Origin: a virus
Strand: one strand, 5' to 3'
DNA length: 64,000 nt
IMG/VR virus record: IMGVR_UViG_3300048914_000231
Span: 1-64,000 of that record
Part shown: piece by piece, positions 19,845-29,249 of the stretch
Position numbering within the stretch: position 1 is the first letter of the stretch
Layout of the letters: each line of letters starts with the position of its first letter
Notes under the pieces: generated by a model
What the model was told of the DNA's origin: nothing
The model's input: the letters and a program-made list of their open reading frames with translations, nothing else
Database searches by the model: none
Program-made: the position numbers and the translations under genes

Positions 19845-20608
19845 TCCCGTTCCGCCTTTTCAATCCGTTCAACCGCGCGCATCAGTTCACCCTGCGCCAT
19901 GGTCAGTTCGCGCTTCGTGAGGTCGCCGATGAGGGCGAGAAAGTCGCAGATCGCCGCCAGCGTGATGCCGTCGCGCAGACCGTATGCACGCTTGCCAAAA
20001 GCGGTGCACTCGTCAGCGTACGCGCGCTTTGCGGCGATCTCTTGCAAAAGCTGTTCGGGCGGGTCGCGCAGCATGTCGACGATGACACGGGCAAGGGGTG
20101 AGAGCCCCGCTTCTTCCTTCGCCCACAGGTCGGCCTGTTCGATGCGCGTAGCCGGGTCGATACCGTCGCGGTCGGCCAGGGCCGCCTCGAAAGGCTCGTC
20201 GCGAATGTCGTCACCCAGCGGCATGTTGCTGAACTGCGTCGGCTCCAGGCCGTACCTGATGTCAGGCAGTTCGCGCATGCCGGCGGCGCGGCGCCGCCCG
20301 TTCTCTTCCTTGCGTGCGGCGATTTCCGCGCGCTGTCCCTCGTTCAGATTCTTGACGCCGGTGATGATGCCGATTTCCTTGCGAAATTCGGAGAACGCCA
20401 CCTGCGTGTAGTAGGTGCTGAACTTGTGGCCGCTGTCGGGGTTGTAGCCGGCTGCCGCGACGTAAAACGCGAGGCTGGCGACCTGAAACATGTCGTTGTA
20501 GTCCAGGACGCCGCCGGCGCCGGCGCCCTGCGCCCACCTGTAGCCGTTCATGGCCTGCATGTGGATCAGACCTTTGTGGTCTTCAAAACGGGGTGCCGTT
20601 GCCTGCAT
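19841..20608 (-). CDS. Sigma-70 region 2-like protein (putative phage sigma factor or regulator)
   Basis: GLIH..A..YNDMFQVASLAFYVAAAGYNPDSGHKFSTY resembles sigma regions 2.2-2.3. Confidence 0.6.
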   Translation of the reverse strand: MQATAPRFEDHKGLIHMQAMNGYRWAQGAGAGGVLDYNDMFQVASLAFYVAAAGYNPDSGHKFSTYYTQVAFSEFRKEIGIITGVKNLNEGQRAEIAARKEENGRRRAAGMRELPDIRYGLEPTQFSNMPLGDDIRDEPFEAALADRDGIDPATRIEQADLWAKEEAGLSPLARVIVDMLRDPPEQLLQEIAAKRAYADECTAFGKRAYGLRDGITLAAICDFLALIGDLTKRELTMAQGELMRAVERIEKAERE

Positions 20609-20610
20609 GA

Positions 20611-21297
20611 TTATGCAGCCTCCAACTGTTCGCCGCGTGCGCGCGCCCAGCGGCGATAACCCGCCTCCGACAGCTTGCGGCGTGTTTCTTCGGTCGCCTT
20701 ACGACCCTTGAGAGCCTCAGACAGTTTGCGCTTCGTCTCTTCGGCCAGCGGCTTGCCGGTGAACAGACTGCGCAGCTTTTCGATATGCTCGGCGCTGACC
20801 TTGCGACCCTTGCCGGATGCCGACAGTCTGGCCCGGGTCTCTTCCGATACTTGATACCCTGTCTCTTTTTTCATCTTTTCCCTTTCGATCGCCGCTTCCC
20901 GAAGGCGCTGCCTGGTCTCTTCTGAAATTGGCTTGCGCGCTTTGTGCGATGCGCGCATCTTGGCCTTTGTTTCTTCGCTGTGCTTCTTGCCCTTGTGAGG
21001 CGCTTCCGAGAACATGGCGACGTTGTAGCCGTTTCGCACCACGTCCAATTCATCGATCACTTGCTGCTCCCGTTCCAATAATCCATCTATCGGGTGTCGC
21101 TCCATGACCACAATCTTGAAAGCGCCTTCACCATATTCATTCCACGCCTCTTGCAGCTTGTATGAGTGATGCTTGTTGCCTCGCAGCTTGCTCAAGTGGG
21201 TCTTGAAGCGCCGGTGTAGATTGTGGGCGCTGCCGACATACTTCTTGCCGGTAGCGATATGTTCGATGCAGTAAATGCCAGAGTCTTTCAGGGTCAT
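20611..21297 (-). CDS. GIY-YIG homing endonuclease with NUMOD3 repeats
   Basis: SGIYCI..KKYVGSA..R..H..E..GYN; HSEETKAKM/SEETR repeats; start set to MTLKD because the upstream ATG overlaps the -10 box. Confidence 0.92.
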   Translation of the reverse strand: MTLKDSGIYCIEHIATGKKYVGSAHNLHRRFKTHLSKLRGNKHHSYKLQEAWNEYGEGAFKIVVMERHPIDGLLEREQQVIDELDVVRNGYNVAMFSEAPHKGKKHSEETKAKMRASHKARKPISEETRQRLREAAIEREKMKKETGYQVSEETRARLSASGKGRKVSAEHIEKLRSLFTGKPLAEETKRKLSEALKGRKATEETRRKLSEAGYRRWARARGEQLEAA

Positions 21298-21337
21298 GAT
21301 GGGTAAGCCAATTCGTTGTGTCGACCTACCCATTATA

Positions 21338-21351
21338 ACTCATTCCTGACT
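21338..21351. promoter_or_regulatory. Palindrome variant abutting TATAAT (GIY-YIG / sigma-like gene promoter)
   Basis: ACTCATTCCTGACT; minus-strand TATAAT at 21332-21337. Confidence 0.75.
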
Positions 21352-21365
21352 GAATACGCTGTGCA

Positions 21366-22568
21366 TTACTTCTTACTTCCGAATATCCTCTGCGCGATAC
21401 CGCCGGCGACTTCACGGTCGACCTTGGACAGCTTGCTGATGAACGACTTCTCCAGACCGTGCGCGAATGAACCGCGCATGATACCGATCTGGCTCGCGTA
21501 GATCAGCGTACGCGGCGAAATCGTGTCGCTCATCTTGGCGCCATCGAATGCCTGGCGAATTTCGGTTGCGAACTGGACCATCTTGTCGGCATCCTTCGGG
21601 GTCAGCTTGGCCCGGTTCTGCAGCATGATGATTTCCTTGTCCTTCGGCATGTACTGCTTGTGGATCACCATGCCGAAACGGTCGTAGTTCGCGCTGTTCT
21701 GGATCAGCGTGCCCTGATACAGGCCCGACTCGTCGCCCGAACCGTTGGTGTTGCCGGTGGCGACCAGACGGAAGTTCGGGTGCGGCTCGATCACGCGCAT
21801 TTCGGCCGGTGCTTCCTTGATCACCAGTGCCTTGCCTTCGAGGACCGGCTGGTACACGGCCAGCACGCTCGGCTGGGCGAAATCGTATTCGTCGAGCACG
21901 AGCGTCCAGCCATGTTTCATGGCCAGGGCCAGCGGGCCAAGTTCGAAGTGGGTGTTACCGCCCTTGACGGTCCATTGCCCGATGATGTGGCTCTCTTCGG
22001 TATTGGCCGAGTGCTGCACGCGCAGCATGGGGCGGTTGGTGCGGGCGCAGACCTGTTCGAACAGTTCCGACTTGCCCGAGCCCTTGTGGCCCCAGACGTA
22101 GCACGGGATGTTCACCTCCAGCGCCAGAATCACGTCCTTCAGTTCGCCCGGCAGGTAGACGTATTCCTCGCTGACCTTGGGCACCATGTTCGGCTGGTCG
22201 TGCGAAGCCAGCACCGAGATCGGGATCGGGCCACCCTTGGCGTTCATGGCTTCGGGGTCGCTGCCAAGTTCGAACACTTCGTGCAGCGGCTTCTTGATGA
22301 TGCCGCTGGGCGGGACCAGTGCGGCGGCGTTCGCGGCCGGCGTTTCCTTCACCGCGGCAGGCGCCGCCCCGGCAGCTGCAGCGGCTTCCTTCGCCTGTTT
22401 TTGGGCGATCAGCTGCTTGGCATACGGGGAGTAAATTTCGGCAAGCGGGTGCTTTTCCTGGTAGTCGGCCAGGCTCATGCCCGGGTGCGCCGACTCCAGG
22501 TGCTTGCTGATCACGTGTACTTCCGCGCCGCATTCTTCGCAGGTGATCTTGTCGTTCTGGTCTGCCAT
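21366..22568 (-). CDS. CobS-like MoxR AAA+ ATPase with N-terminal C2H2-like zinc finger
   Basis: CEEC..H....H; GHKGSGKS; LVLDEYD; ATGNT; DRF. Confidence 0.9.
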   Translation of the reverse strand: MADQNDKITCEECGAEVHVISKHLESAHPGMSLADYQEKHPLAEIYSPYAKQLIAQKQAKEAAAAAGAAPAAVKETPAANAAALVPPSGIIKKPLHEVFELGSDPEAMNAKGGPIPISVLASHDQPNMVPKVSEEYVYLPGELKDVILALEVNIPCYVWGHKGSGKSELFEQVCARTNRPMLRVQHSANTEESHIIGQWTVKGGNTHFELGPLALAMKHGWTLVLDEYDFAQPSVLAVYQPVLEGKALVIKEAPAEMRVIEPHPNFRLVATGNTNGSGDESGLYQGTLIQNSANYDRFGMVIHKQYMPKDKEIIMLQNRAKLTPKDADKMVQFATEIRQAFDGAKMSDTISPRTLIYASQIGIMRGSFAHGLEKSFISKLSKVDREVAGGIAQRIFGSKK

Positions 22569-22654
22569 GTTGTTTCCCTTTTCGTGTTATGGGCACGTCG
22601 CCCGGTTCATGTTCGCTACAGGTTTAATGATACGGTCGCCCGTCAGGATTGACA

Positions 22655-22668
22655 AGTCAGCGATGACT
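22655..22668. promoter_or_regulatory. AGTCA-N4-TGACT palindrome overlapping -35 of the cobS promoter
   Basis: AGTCAGCGATGACT; TTGTCA-17-TATCAT at 22627-22655; flanked by a CCCGTCAGG/CCTGACGGG inverted repeat. Confidence 0.88.
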
Positions 22669-22698
22669 GACCCTGACGGGTTGCCTACAGATGGTGCA

Positions 22699-23355
22699 TT
22701 AGCCGGCCGACTGATCGAACCCCAATGCGCTCAACGTCTTGAGGATCGGCGCCACCGGAACGGTCAGAGGCATTGGCTTTTCGTAGTCCGGCAGATGTTT
22801 TTCAAGTTCCGGCATCTTCTCCACGATTTGCTTGTACGTCTTGACCGAATACAGAAACAGGCGCAGTTCGTCGCGGGCGCGTTTTTCATCTTCGCGAATC
22901 TTGTGTGCCTTCTTGAGCAGGTCGGCCAATTTGGCCTCCCAGCTTTCCATGTCAGCGGGGTTTCGCACGGGGTTGGTCCGGTCCGTGTAGTCCATGCCCT
23001 GATCAATGAAGTCGCTGCGACTGAAGCGGGTATTTATCGGGTGCCGGAACGGTTCGAACGATACTGGTATGCCCCAATGGCCGCTGCGCAGCTGTTCGTC
23101 CGACCATGTGGCGACACAGACCGGGTTGGCATTCGCCTTAATGTTTTCGGATGCGATCAGCGGGAACCATTCGGGCGGCAAATTCTTCGTCGCTGCCGGG
23201 AATTCTTTCGGTACACGCTCCAGGCACAGGGCACGCACGCGCGCCTCGGTGGCGCGCGCGAGTTCTTCCTTGCGCTTCGGGATAGTCGTGCCTTTTTCGA
23301 TCACGGAATCGATGATTTTCCGGCGAATTTCCTTGTTCAGTGTTGTCATGGTCAT
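22699..23355 (-). CDS. Nmad5-like (nucleotide-modification-associated domain 5) protein
   Basis: LNKEIRRKII N-terminus and LYSVKTYKQIVEKMPELEKHLP..PL C-terminus. Confidence 0.6.
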   Translation of the reverse strand: MTMTTLNKEIRRKIIDSVIEKGTTIPKRKEELARATEARVRALCLERVPKEFPAATKNLPPEWFPLIASENIKANANPVCVATWSDEQLRSGHWGIPVSFEPFRHPINTRFSRSDFIDQGMDYTDRTNPVRNPADMESWEAKLADLLKKAHKIREDEKRARDELRLFLYSVKTYKQIVEKMPELEKHLPDYEKPMPLTVPVAPILKTLSALGFDQSAG

Positions 23356-23358
23356 TCC

Positions 23359-25284
23359 TTATTTTGCCAGCAAGAGTCTCAATTCACGCATGATGAGGGG
23401 CGGGAGTTCCTTGACGTCATGGATCACCATCGCCTTCGGGTAGAACTCACGCACCGAATCATCCTTGATACCGATGCCAATCATGTTCACGCCGGACATC
23501 GACATGCGCTCCACGACCTTTTTCAGGTGCAGGTTCAGGCCGTCGTAGTCGCTCGTGTAGCAGGCCGGATGGCCGTCGGACAGCACGATCATGATCTTGC
23601 CCTTTTCCTTGCGCCGCAACAGGCGCATGCCGGCCAGTTCGACCGATTCGCCGTCGACGTTGTTGGCCAGGCTGCTGCAGTTGGGCAGCCAGGCGAAGCG
23701 CTGCTTGACGCCGGTAGACATGCGCTCGTCGAAGCCCTTCAGGATCGGCATGTACAGCGGCTCGACCCGGGTGAAGCCGCGCCCGAGCATTTCCTCTTCC
23801 TTGAGCACGTCTTCCGACTTCAGATAGCTGTGGCCACCGGTAGTGAAGCAGATCACTTCGCTGGTGATGCCGATCCGGTCCAGGGTCGAGGCCAGCGCAT
23901 ACGCCGCTTTGGCCGCCGTGTGAATCTTCCCGCCCGACATGGAGCCGGACATGTCGATCACCAGTTCGACCGCCACGTCCTTCGTCAGCACTTCCTGACG
24001 CTGGCGGAACACGCGGTCGTCGCCGGTCGACAGGCGATGTAGCGCCGCCGGGTTGACGCGGCCCGAACGCTGGCCGGGCGACCAGCGCTTGAGGCTGCGC
24101 GCGCTGATGGCGCGCTCCAGGTCTTTCTGCATCGGGCCGACCATGTGGTCGACTTCGTCCTGCATCGATTGCAGCATGGTCGGCTTGTATTCCGAGCCCA
24201 CCTTGAGCGGTTCGACCACGTCGTGGTCCGTGGTCCAGACGAGGTAGGGCGCCGCCTTGCTCGCGTCGATCACGCCGCTGGTCACCAGCTGCGAGAGCTT
24301 TTCGTCATACGTGTTGGCGAGCTCCTTTTCGATCGCGGACAGGCTGCCGCTGGTGCTGCCGTTGATGTGCGAGGTTATCGTTGCCTCTTCACGGTCGTCG
24401 CTCGGGTCTTCCTCTTCCTCACCTTCGCCCCCGGCAGCCGGGTCTTCCTCTTCGCCCTCGTCCTCTTCCTCGCCCGGCTTCTTTTCTTCCTTCGCCGAGT
24501 CATCGGTCAGACCAGGCTTGAAGCCTTCATCCTCTTCCCCTTCGCTCGGCCCGCCCCCACTGGTCAGCCCGCCCCCGCCACCGCCGGCACCGGGCTTGGT
24601 CATCGACGACATCCCGCTCGACGGCGCCGGCGTCGCGCCCCTGAGTGCCGCGCTGGCCTTTTCGGCGACACTCAGGGCGTCAGCACTGCTGCGCGCGCCG
24701 GCAATCAGCGGCTCCAGCGGCTTGAGCTTGTCGTACACGTCCTGAATATCGGCCATGTGCTGGTCGACGAAGTCCTTGAACACCTGCTGGCCAGCCATGC
24801 CGCGAATCACTGGCATGGTCAGAAGCGCCTCGACCTTTTCCTGATCGCCCGCAGCCTTCGCTTTTTTCAGTTCCGGGATCGTGTAGTTCTCCAGCAGAAA
24901 ACGCCCGGTGCCGGACAGGTTCTCGGCCGACCCTTCGAAGCGCTCGGCCATCAGGCGCTCGATGCGGGTGTCTTCCATCACGTTGTACATGCCGCCGATG
25001 CCCATCGACTGCGCCTTCGGCATGTCGTTGAAATCGGTGAACATGATGTGCGCGACCTCGTGGTCCAGGTAGCCCTGCAGCGCATCCAGCAGTTCCTGGG
25101 TGGCGTTGTCGGGAATGTACGGCAGGTTGACGCGAATCGGCTGACCCTTCGAGTCCGACTGCACATATGCCTGCGTACCCACTTGCGTGACGCTGATTTT
25201 CTTGCCTGCCAAAATCTGCGTGATTTTGACGATCGCCTCGCGCATCACGTGGATACGCTCTGCCATTCCCATTCCCCTGATCAT
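23359..25284 (-). CDS. CobT-like vWA protein (HExxH N-domain, acidic linker, MIDAS)
   Basis: DHEVAH..EDTRIE; E-rich linker; DMSGSM; LSDGHP; GIGI. Confidence 0.9.
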   Translation of the reverse strand: MIRGMGMAERIHVMREAIVKITQILAGKKISVTQVGTQAYVQSDSKGQPIRVNLPYIPDNATQELLDALQGYLDHEVAHIMFTDFNDMPKAQSMGIGGMYNVMEDTRIERLMAERFEGSAENLSGTGRFLLENYTIPELKKAKAAGDQEKVEALLTMPVIRGMAGQQVFKDFVDQHMADIQDVYDKLKPLEPLIAGARSSADALSVAEKASAALRGATPAPSSGMSSMTKPGAGGGGGGLTSGGGPSEGEEDEGFKPGLTDDSAKEEKKPGEEEDEGEEEDPAAGGEGEEEEDPSDDREEATITSHINGSTSGSLSAIEKELANTYDEKLSQLVTSGVIDASKAAPYLVWTTDHDVVEPLKVGSEYKPTMLQSMQDEVDHMVGPMQKDLERAISARSLKRWSPGQRSGRVNPAALHRLSTGDDRVFRQRQEVLTKDVAVELVIDMSGSMSGGKIHTAAKAAYALASTLDRIGITSEVICFTTGGHSYLKSEDVLKEEEMLGRGFTRVEPLYMPILKGFDERMSTGVKQRFAWLPNCSSLANNVDGESVELAGMRLLRRKEKGKIMIVLSDGHPACYTSDYDGLNLHLKKVVERMSMSGVNMIGIGIKDDSVREFYPKAMVIHDVKELPPLIMRELRLLLAK

Positions 25285-25301
25285 GTGTTTCCCCTTTGTA
25301 A

Positions 25302-25315
25302 AGTCATTCGTGACT
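25302..25315. promoter_or_regulatory. AGTCA-N4-TGACT palindrome in the cobT leader
   Basis: AGTCATTCGTGACT; promoter TTGTGA-17-TATCAT at 25325-25353. Confidence 0.85.
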
Positions 25316-25375
25316 GACAACGCTATGATAGACTTGACCCGCAGGAGTCACAAGCTGCACGGTGATCTTTGCCTG

Positions 25376-25404
25376 AAAATAAAAAGGCGGGCATCAGCCC
25401 GCCT
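25376..25404 (-). terminator. Intrinsic terminator
   Basis: AGGCGGGC/GCCCGCCT stem plus TTTTATTTT on the minus strand. Confidence 0.75.
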
Positions 25405-25422
25405 GTGCATGCGTGTGCGTGC

Positions 25423-25626
25423 TTACATGTAGACGATCGCGTTACGATCGCCGGTCGAATTGACCAGGACCATGTTGCCGCGCTGTGAATGCCTTACCTT
25501 GAGCACAATGACGGCACCAAGGTCCAGTTTTTCGATGATGACCGAGTCGGACAGCATGTCGGCAAACGCCTCCAGGTTGATAATTTCGGATACTTTGATG
25601 GTGGCGTTAGTCTCGGTTGCGAACAT
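25423..25626 (-). CDS. Small hypothetical protein divergent from the repressor
   Basis: 67 aa, GAGGAG SD, own TATAAT (25711-25716) and terminator. Confidence 0.7.
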   Translation of the reverse strand: MFATETNATIKVSEIINLEAFADMLSDSVIIEKLDLGAVIVLKVRHSQRGNMVLVNSTGDRNAIVYM

Positions 25627-25928
25627 GGATGCTCCTCTGGGTAAATTTGATTCGTGATCCCGGTGTCGGTCTATTCTTACAAAGCAATGCTCCCGGGGCT
25701 TACATGCTTTATTATAGCTCAGTGCTTAGTTATAAATTGCGAAAAATCAACTGTGTGGCAGCGCAACTTAATTTATGCTTATTGGGGTGCGCTTCTGTGA
25801 AAATTAAGCGACAATCGCAGTTCGCCATCCCCAATTCACATGCATTTAATAAAATATTAACTATAATGCACATGTCAGTAATTAAATCAGCAGCGACTGA
25901 ACGGCTGCGCAACGTCAAGGAGCAATCA

Positions 25929-26381
25929 ATGAGTCTCGCAACTCACACCGCCACCAAGGGCACGGTTCGTCGCAGCAAGGGCGCTCGCGAAATTACCGTT
26001 GCCGAATACATCAACGGCCTGATCGAACTGTCCGACAAGACTCAGGCCCAGATCGCACAGGAAGCTGGCTTCCAGAAACCCAACATCATTTCGATGATCA
26101 AGCAGGGCGCCACCAAACTGCCGGTTTCCAAGGTTGCGCCGATGGCACGTGCCCTGAACGCCGATCCGGTCTACCTGTTCCGGCTGGTGATGAACGAATA
26201 CGAGCCCGAAACCTGGAACGCGATCGAAGAGGCCATCCTGCACCAGCCCGTCATCACGGACAATGAATACGAGATCATTCGCACAATTCGCAAGGCTGGT
26301 CTGGCCGACTTCAAGCTGCCCAATACCGATGCGCGCAAGCGTTTGATCGATTTGATCGCACAGGTCGGCGAAAACCAGTAA
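25929..26381 (+). CDS. XRE-family HTH repressor (only plus-strand gene)
   Basis: KTQAQIAQEAGFQKPNIISMIKQG HTH; AAGGAG SD; TATAAT at 25862-25867; no S24 peptidase domain. Confidence 0.88.
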   Translation: MSLATHTATKGTVRRSKGAREITVAEYINGLIELSDKTQAQIAQEAGFQKPNIISMIKQGATKLPVSKVAPMARALNADPVYLFRLVMNEYEPETWNAIEEAILHQPVITDNEYEIIRTIRKAGLADFKLPNTDARKRLIDLIAQVGENQ

Positions 26382-26407
26382 CATATCCTTTTACCCTTCG
26401 TGTTTTT

Positions 26408-26431
26408 GGCGCCCTTCGGGGCGCCTTTTTT
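26408..26431 (+). terminator. Intrinsic terminator of the repressor gene
   Basis: GGCGCCC-TTCG-GGGCGCC plus T6. Confidence 0.85.
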
Positions 26432-26547
26432 ATTGCTCGACGGAAGAATTATATCTGGCCGTGTTCGGTTTTCTGTGGGAAATTTTTTTGACTGTGGAAG
26501 GTAAACAACGAACGCCGCCGGCGGTAACCGGGCGGCGCTGATAATGC

Positions 26548-27234
26548 TTATTCTGCCGGCAATTGATATTCGGCGCCGATGATGCCGGCGGCGCGCGCCG
26601 CCTCCAGGCCAAGTCTGCGCACATGTACAGCGATGGTTGCCTCGATTTCGATCTTGGCATGATTGACAAGATGCTCCATCGCTTCCTGACCCATTTCGAC
26701 GATGAAGCCCATATGATTCGGCAATCCTTCGATGGTGTTCGACAGGGCCTTGTGAATATCGCGCAGGGTCGTTTTTGACAGCTTGCCCGATTCGATCGCC
26801 TCGCCCAGCCTGGCCACTTCTTCGCGCGCTTCCTGCATGCGCTTGTGCGCGGCCGACTCCACCTCGCGCATGAGCATGTCGGTCTTGTTCTCCACGCCCT
26901 CGATACCCGGCTGCATTTCACCCATCACTTCCGTGATGGTACATGGCGTACCTTCGCCGCGGTTGCCCGTGGTGATGAACTCGGCAAACTGCGCATGCGA
27001 CATTTCAATCTCGATCAGGCGCGGTCCATGCGCGTGATACCAGTCGGTGTTCAGGTCACGATCATGGCGCCCGCGTCTGACGACGATACGGACGCGATGC
27101 TGGTGGTTGATGTCGCTGGCGAACAGTTTGCCGCCACCGCTGACGATGTGCATGCCGACCAGGCCGTAGGCCGGGTGCGCGTAGGTCTCCCTCTTGCCGT
27201 CATGCTGCATGACCGGCTTCTCGTGCTTACGCAT
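26548..27234 (-). CDS. Hypothetical phage protein
   Basis: 228 aa, AAGGAGG SD, overlaps upstream gene. Confidence 0.75.
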   Translation of the reverse strand: MRKHEKPVMQHDGKRETYAHPAYGLVGMHIVSGGGKLFASDINHQHRVRIVVRRGRHDRDLNTDWYHAHGPRLIEIEMSHAQFAEFITTGNRGEGTPCTITEVMGEMQPGIEGVENKTDMLMREVESAAHKRMQEAREEVARLGEAIESGKLSKTTLRDIHKALSNTIEGLPNHMGFIVEMGQEAMEHLVNHAKIEIEATIAVHVRRLGLEAARAAGIIGAEYQLPAE

Positions 27235-27418
27235 CCTTCTCCTCCTTTTGACGCGTCAATAACGCGCTCATGTGCACGACAAACGCCGTGATGGTCAGTA
27301 GCGGCACTTCACGCCCGGTGTTGTCGATGATTTTGATCAGGGTCTGGCGACCCTGTGTGAAGTTGTGTTCGGTCCAGGGCATGGTGGCCCTGACCCGCTT
27401 GAACTCGTCGTCAGTCAC
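27227..27418 (-). CDS. Hypothetical protein
   Basis: 63 aa, coupled on both sides. Confidence 0.55.
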   Translation of the reverse strand: MTDDEFKRVRATMPWTEHNFTQGRQTLIKIIDNTGREVPLLTITAFVVHMSALLTRQKEEKDA

Positions 27419-27824
27419 AGTGACCGCCTTCGCTGTCGGTCAATACCCCGCCCACCTGCAAAACTGGCGCGCGCTGGGGCATGCTGCAGTCCATGCGGTT
27501 GAAAGCGTCGATGGCGCTGTCGATCACGGCATTGTTGCGCACGAACACGCGTCCATAGACCCAGGCGCCGTCCTCGGTCGGATCGACCATTGCGTCGTCG
27601 TCAATTTCCACGTCGTCATCGCTGCCGGTCGCGTATTCGTCCTGGGCCTTTGCCACGTACAGCTTGTCAATCTCGTCGCCGCTACTCCAGACGCCGCTAA
27701 CGTTGATGGCGCCGGCCGGGCGTTCACTCTCGATCATGTCCTCGACCGCGCCAGAGACACGGCTGTAGACCCGGGCCGCCAGGCTGTCGTCACCTTCGAT
27801 GATGATGGTGATCTGATGTTTCAT
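27411..27824 (-). CDS. Acidic hypothetical protein
   Basis: ATGA overlap with ligase stop, AAGGAGG SD. Confidence 0.65.
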   Translation of the reverse strand: MKHQITIIIEGDDSLAARVYSRVSGAVEDMIESERPAGAINVSGVWSSGDEIDKLYVAKAQDEYATGSDDDVEIDDDAMVDPTEDGAWVYGRVFVRNNAVIDSAIDAFNRMDCSMPQRAPVLQVGGVLTDSEGGHCD

Positions 27825-29242
27825 GCCGCCTCCTTGATCGATTCGTCTTTCAGTTTCTTGCCCAGCTTGGCCGCCGCTTCGATTGCAAACGCGCGCTCCA
27901 GACTGTCGGCCGTGAACTTGTCGGTGCGCGGTGTCGCGCTGGTGAAGCGCGGCAGGAACAGGCTGTGCAGCGGGTTCGATTCGCTCGGTTTCATGATCAT
28001 GTTGGCGGTGACGGGCATGATCTTGCCCAGCCAGCCATCCTTGTCCGCATCGACCGCGTCGCGCATCGCTTCGCCCTTGATGGCGACGTCGACTTCCAGA
28101 TTGCCGCAGCTGGAACGGCATGTCAGGCTGCCGACGCGGCCCGCATTCTTGGTATTGTCGCGGCCGGCGACGAAGCCGACGATCTCCAGGTCGACTTCGA
28201 ATTCCAGCTTGAGCTTGACCTGCTCCTTGCTGGTGCCGTCCTTCCAGATGGCCGTGCGGCGCTTGAGAATGCCGCCCTCCAGACCGCTCGCCATCCACCC
28301 GCCGGCGATGCTATACGCTTCGTCCAGGCTCTTGACGATCTTGGTGGTGATCAGGCTGATCGACTGCTGCGGCTTGCCTTTCAGCTGGCCGATGATCGCG
28401 CGCAGACGGTCGATGTACGGCGTCTCGCACTTGCCTTTCGGGACCGCGCACTCCAGCGGAATCTGGTCCCACACTTCGAATACCGGGCGCTCATTGGCCG
28501 CAAATGCGCCACCCTGTGCGACCTTGTTCAGAATGCCGTTGCCGATCTCGCGCGCGAGAATCTTGCCGTCGCGCTCGACCAGCATTTCGCCATGTGACTG
28601 TGTGCCCATCGGGAACGTGTTGTGAATGTCTTGCAGCAGCTGGCCGAAGGCCTCGGTCGGGAACATCGTGCCGGCGCGCGAGTACATGAAGACTTCGCCG
28701 GTGTCTTCGTGGTCGATGTTGACGAACATGCCGTCCGCCTTGATCTGCAAGATTTCGCCGTCTTCCCATTCGGTCCAGGCTTCGGGCTTGGCATCCTTCG
28801 GCAGCGAACAGCGCATGTAGGCGGTGTCGGGCACCAAGCCCGGCCAGACCTTGTTGCAGGTTTCGGCCGAGAAGCCCGCGCGCATGTCTTTCAGCAGGAT
28901 GCGCTGGAACAGCTGCGCGCTATCGCCAGTCAAACGTTCGATGTGGTCTGCGATCGCCGTATGCATGGCGCCGCCGGTCAGTGTGCGGTCACGCAGGCGC
29001 GCGATAATGCCCCACGTCTCGTCGGTGAAAGTCGTCCCGCCGGAGAACGTACTGGTGCGCAGTGGCACCGCCCTGATGCCGTACTTGTCGGTGTTGTATG
29101 CGGCGCGCAGCACGCGCTGCAGTAAGGCGTCGCCAGCAACGGCCTTGAGCATCGCGATCTTGTCGTTCTTGCCGGACGTGGCTGCGATCTGGTCCATCAG
29201 GCCCAGAATCTGGTCGGTGTTCATGTCGGGTTTCAGGCTCAT
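27821..29242 (-). CDS. ATP-dependent DNA ligase (T4-like)
   Basis: KADG, HGEM, EGGILK, KLK, SLFLPRF..R.DK. Confidence 0.93.
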   Translation of the reverse strand: MSLKPDMNTDQILGLMDQIAATSGKNDKIAMLKAVAGDALLQRVLRAAYNTDKYGIRAVPLRTSTFSGGTTFTDETWGIIARLRDRTLTGGAMHTAIADHIERLTGDSAQLFQRILLKDMRAGFSAETCNKVWPGLVPDTAYMRCSLPKDAKPEAWTEWEDGEILQIKADGMFVNIDHEDTGEVFMYSRAGTMFPTEAFGQLLQDIHNTFPMGTQSHGEMLVERDGKILAREIGNGILNKVAQGGAFAANERPVFEVWDQIPLECAVPKGKCETPYIDRLRAIIGQLKGKPQQSISLITTKIVKSLDEAYSIAGGWMASGLEGGILKRRTAIWKDGTSKEQVKLKLEFEVDLEIVGFVAGRDNTKNAGRVGSLTCRSSCGNLEVDVAIKGEAMRDAVDADKDGWLGKIMPVTANMIMKPSESNPLHSLFLPRFTSATPRTDKFTADSLERAFAIEAAAKLGKKLKDESIKEAA

Positions 29243-29249
29243 TGTTTCC

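Noticed and set aside
21366-25284. Cobalamin biosynthesis
   Set aside because: No cobN or other cob genes in the window; these are MoxR/vWA homologues.
25627-25928. LexA SOS box at the repressor
   Set aside because: No CTGT-N8-ACAG match found.
25926-26384. Antisense ORF over the repressor with a CACGAAGG-type leader
   Set aside because: Exact shadow frame, no motifs, and it lies downstream of a probable minus-strand terminator hairpin (~26510-26540); unsupported without expression data.
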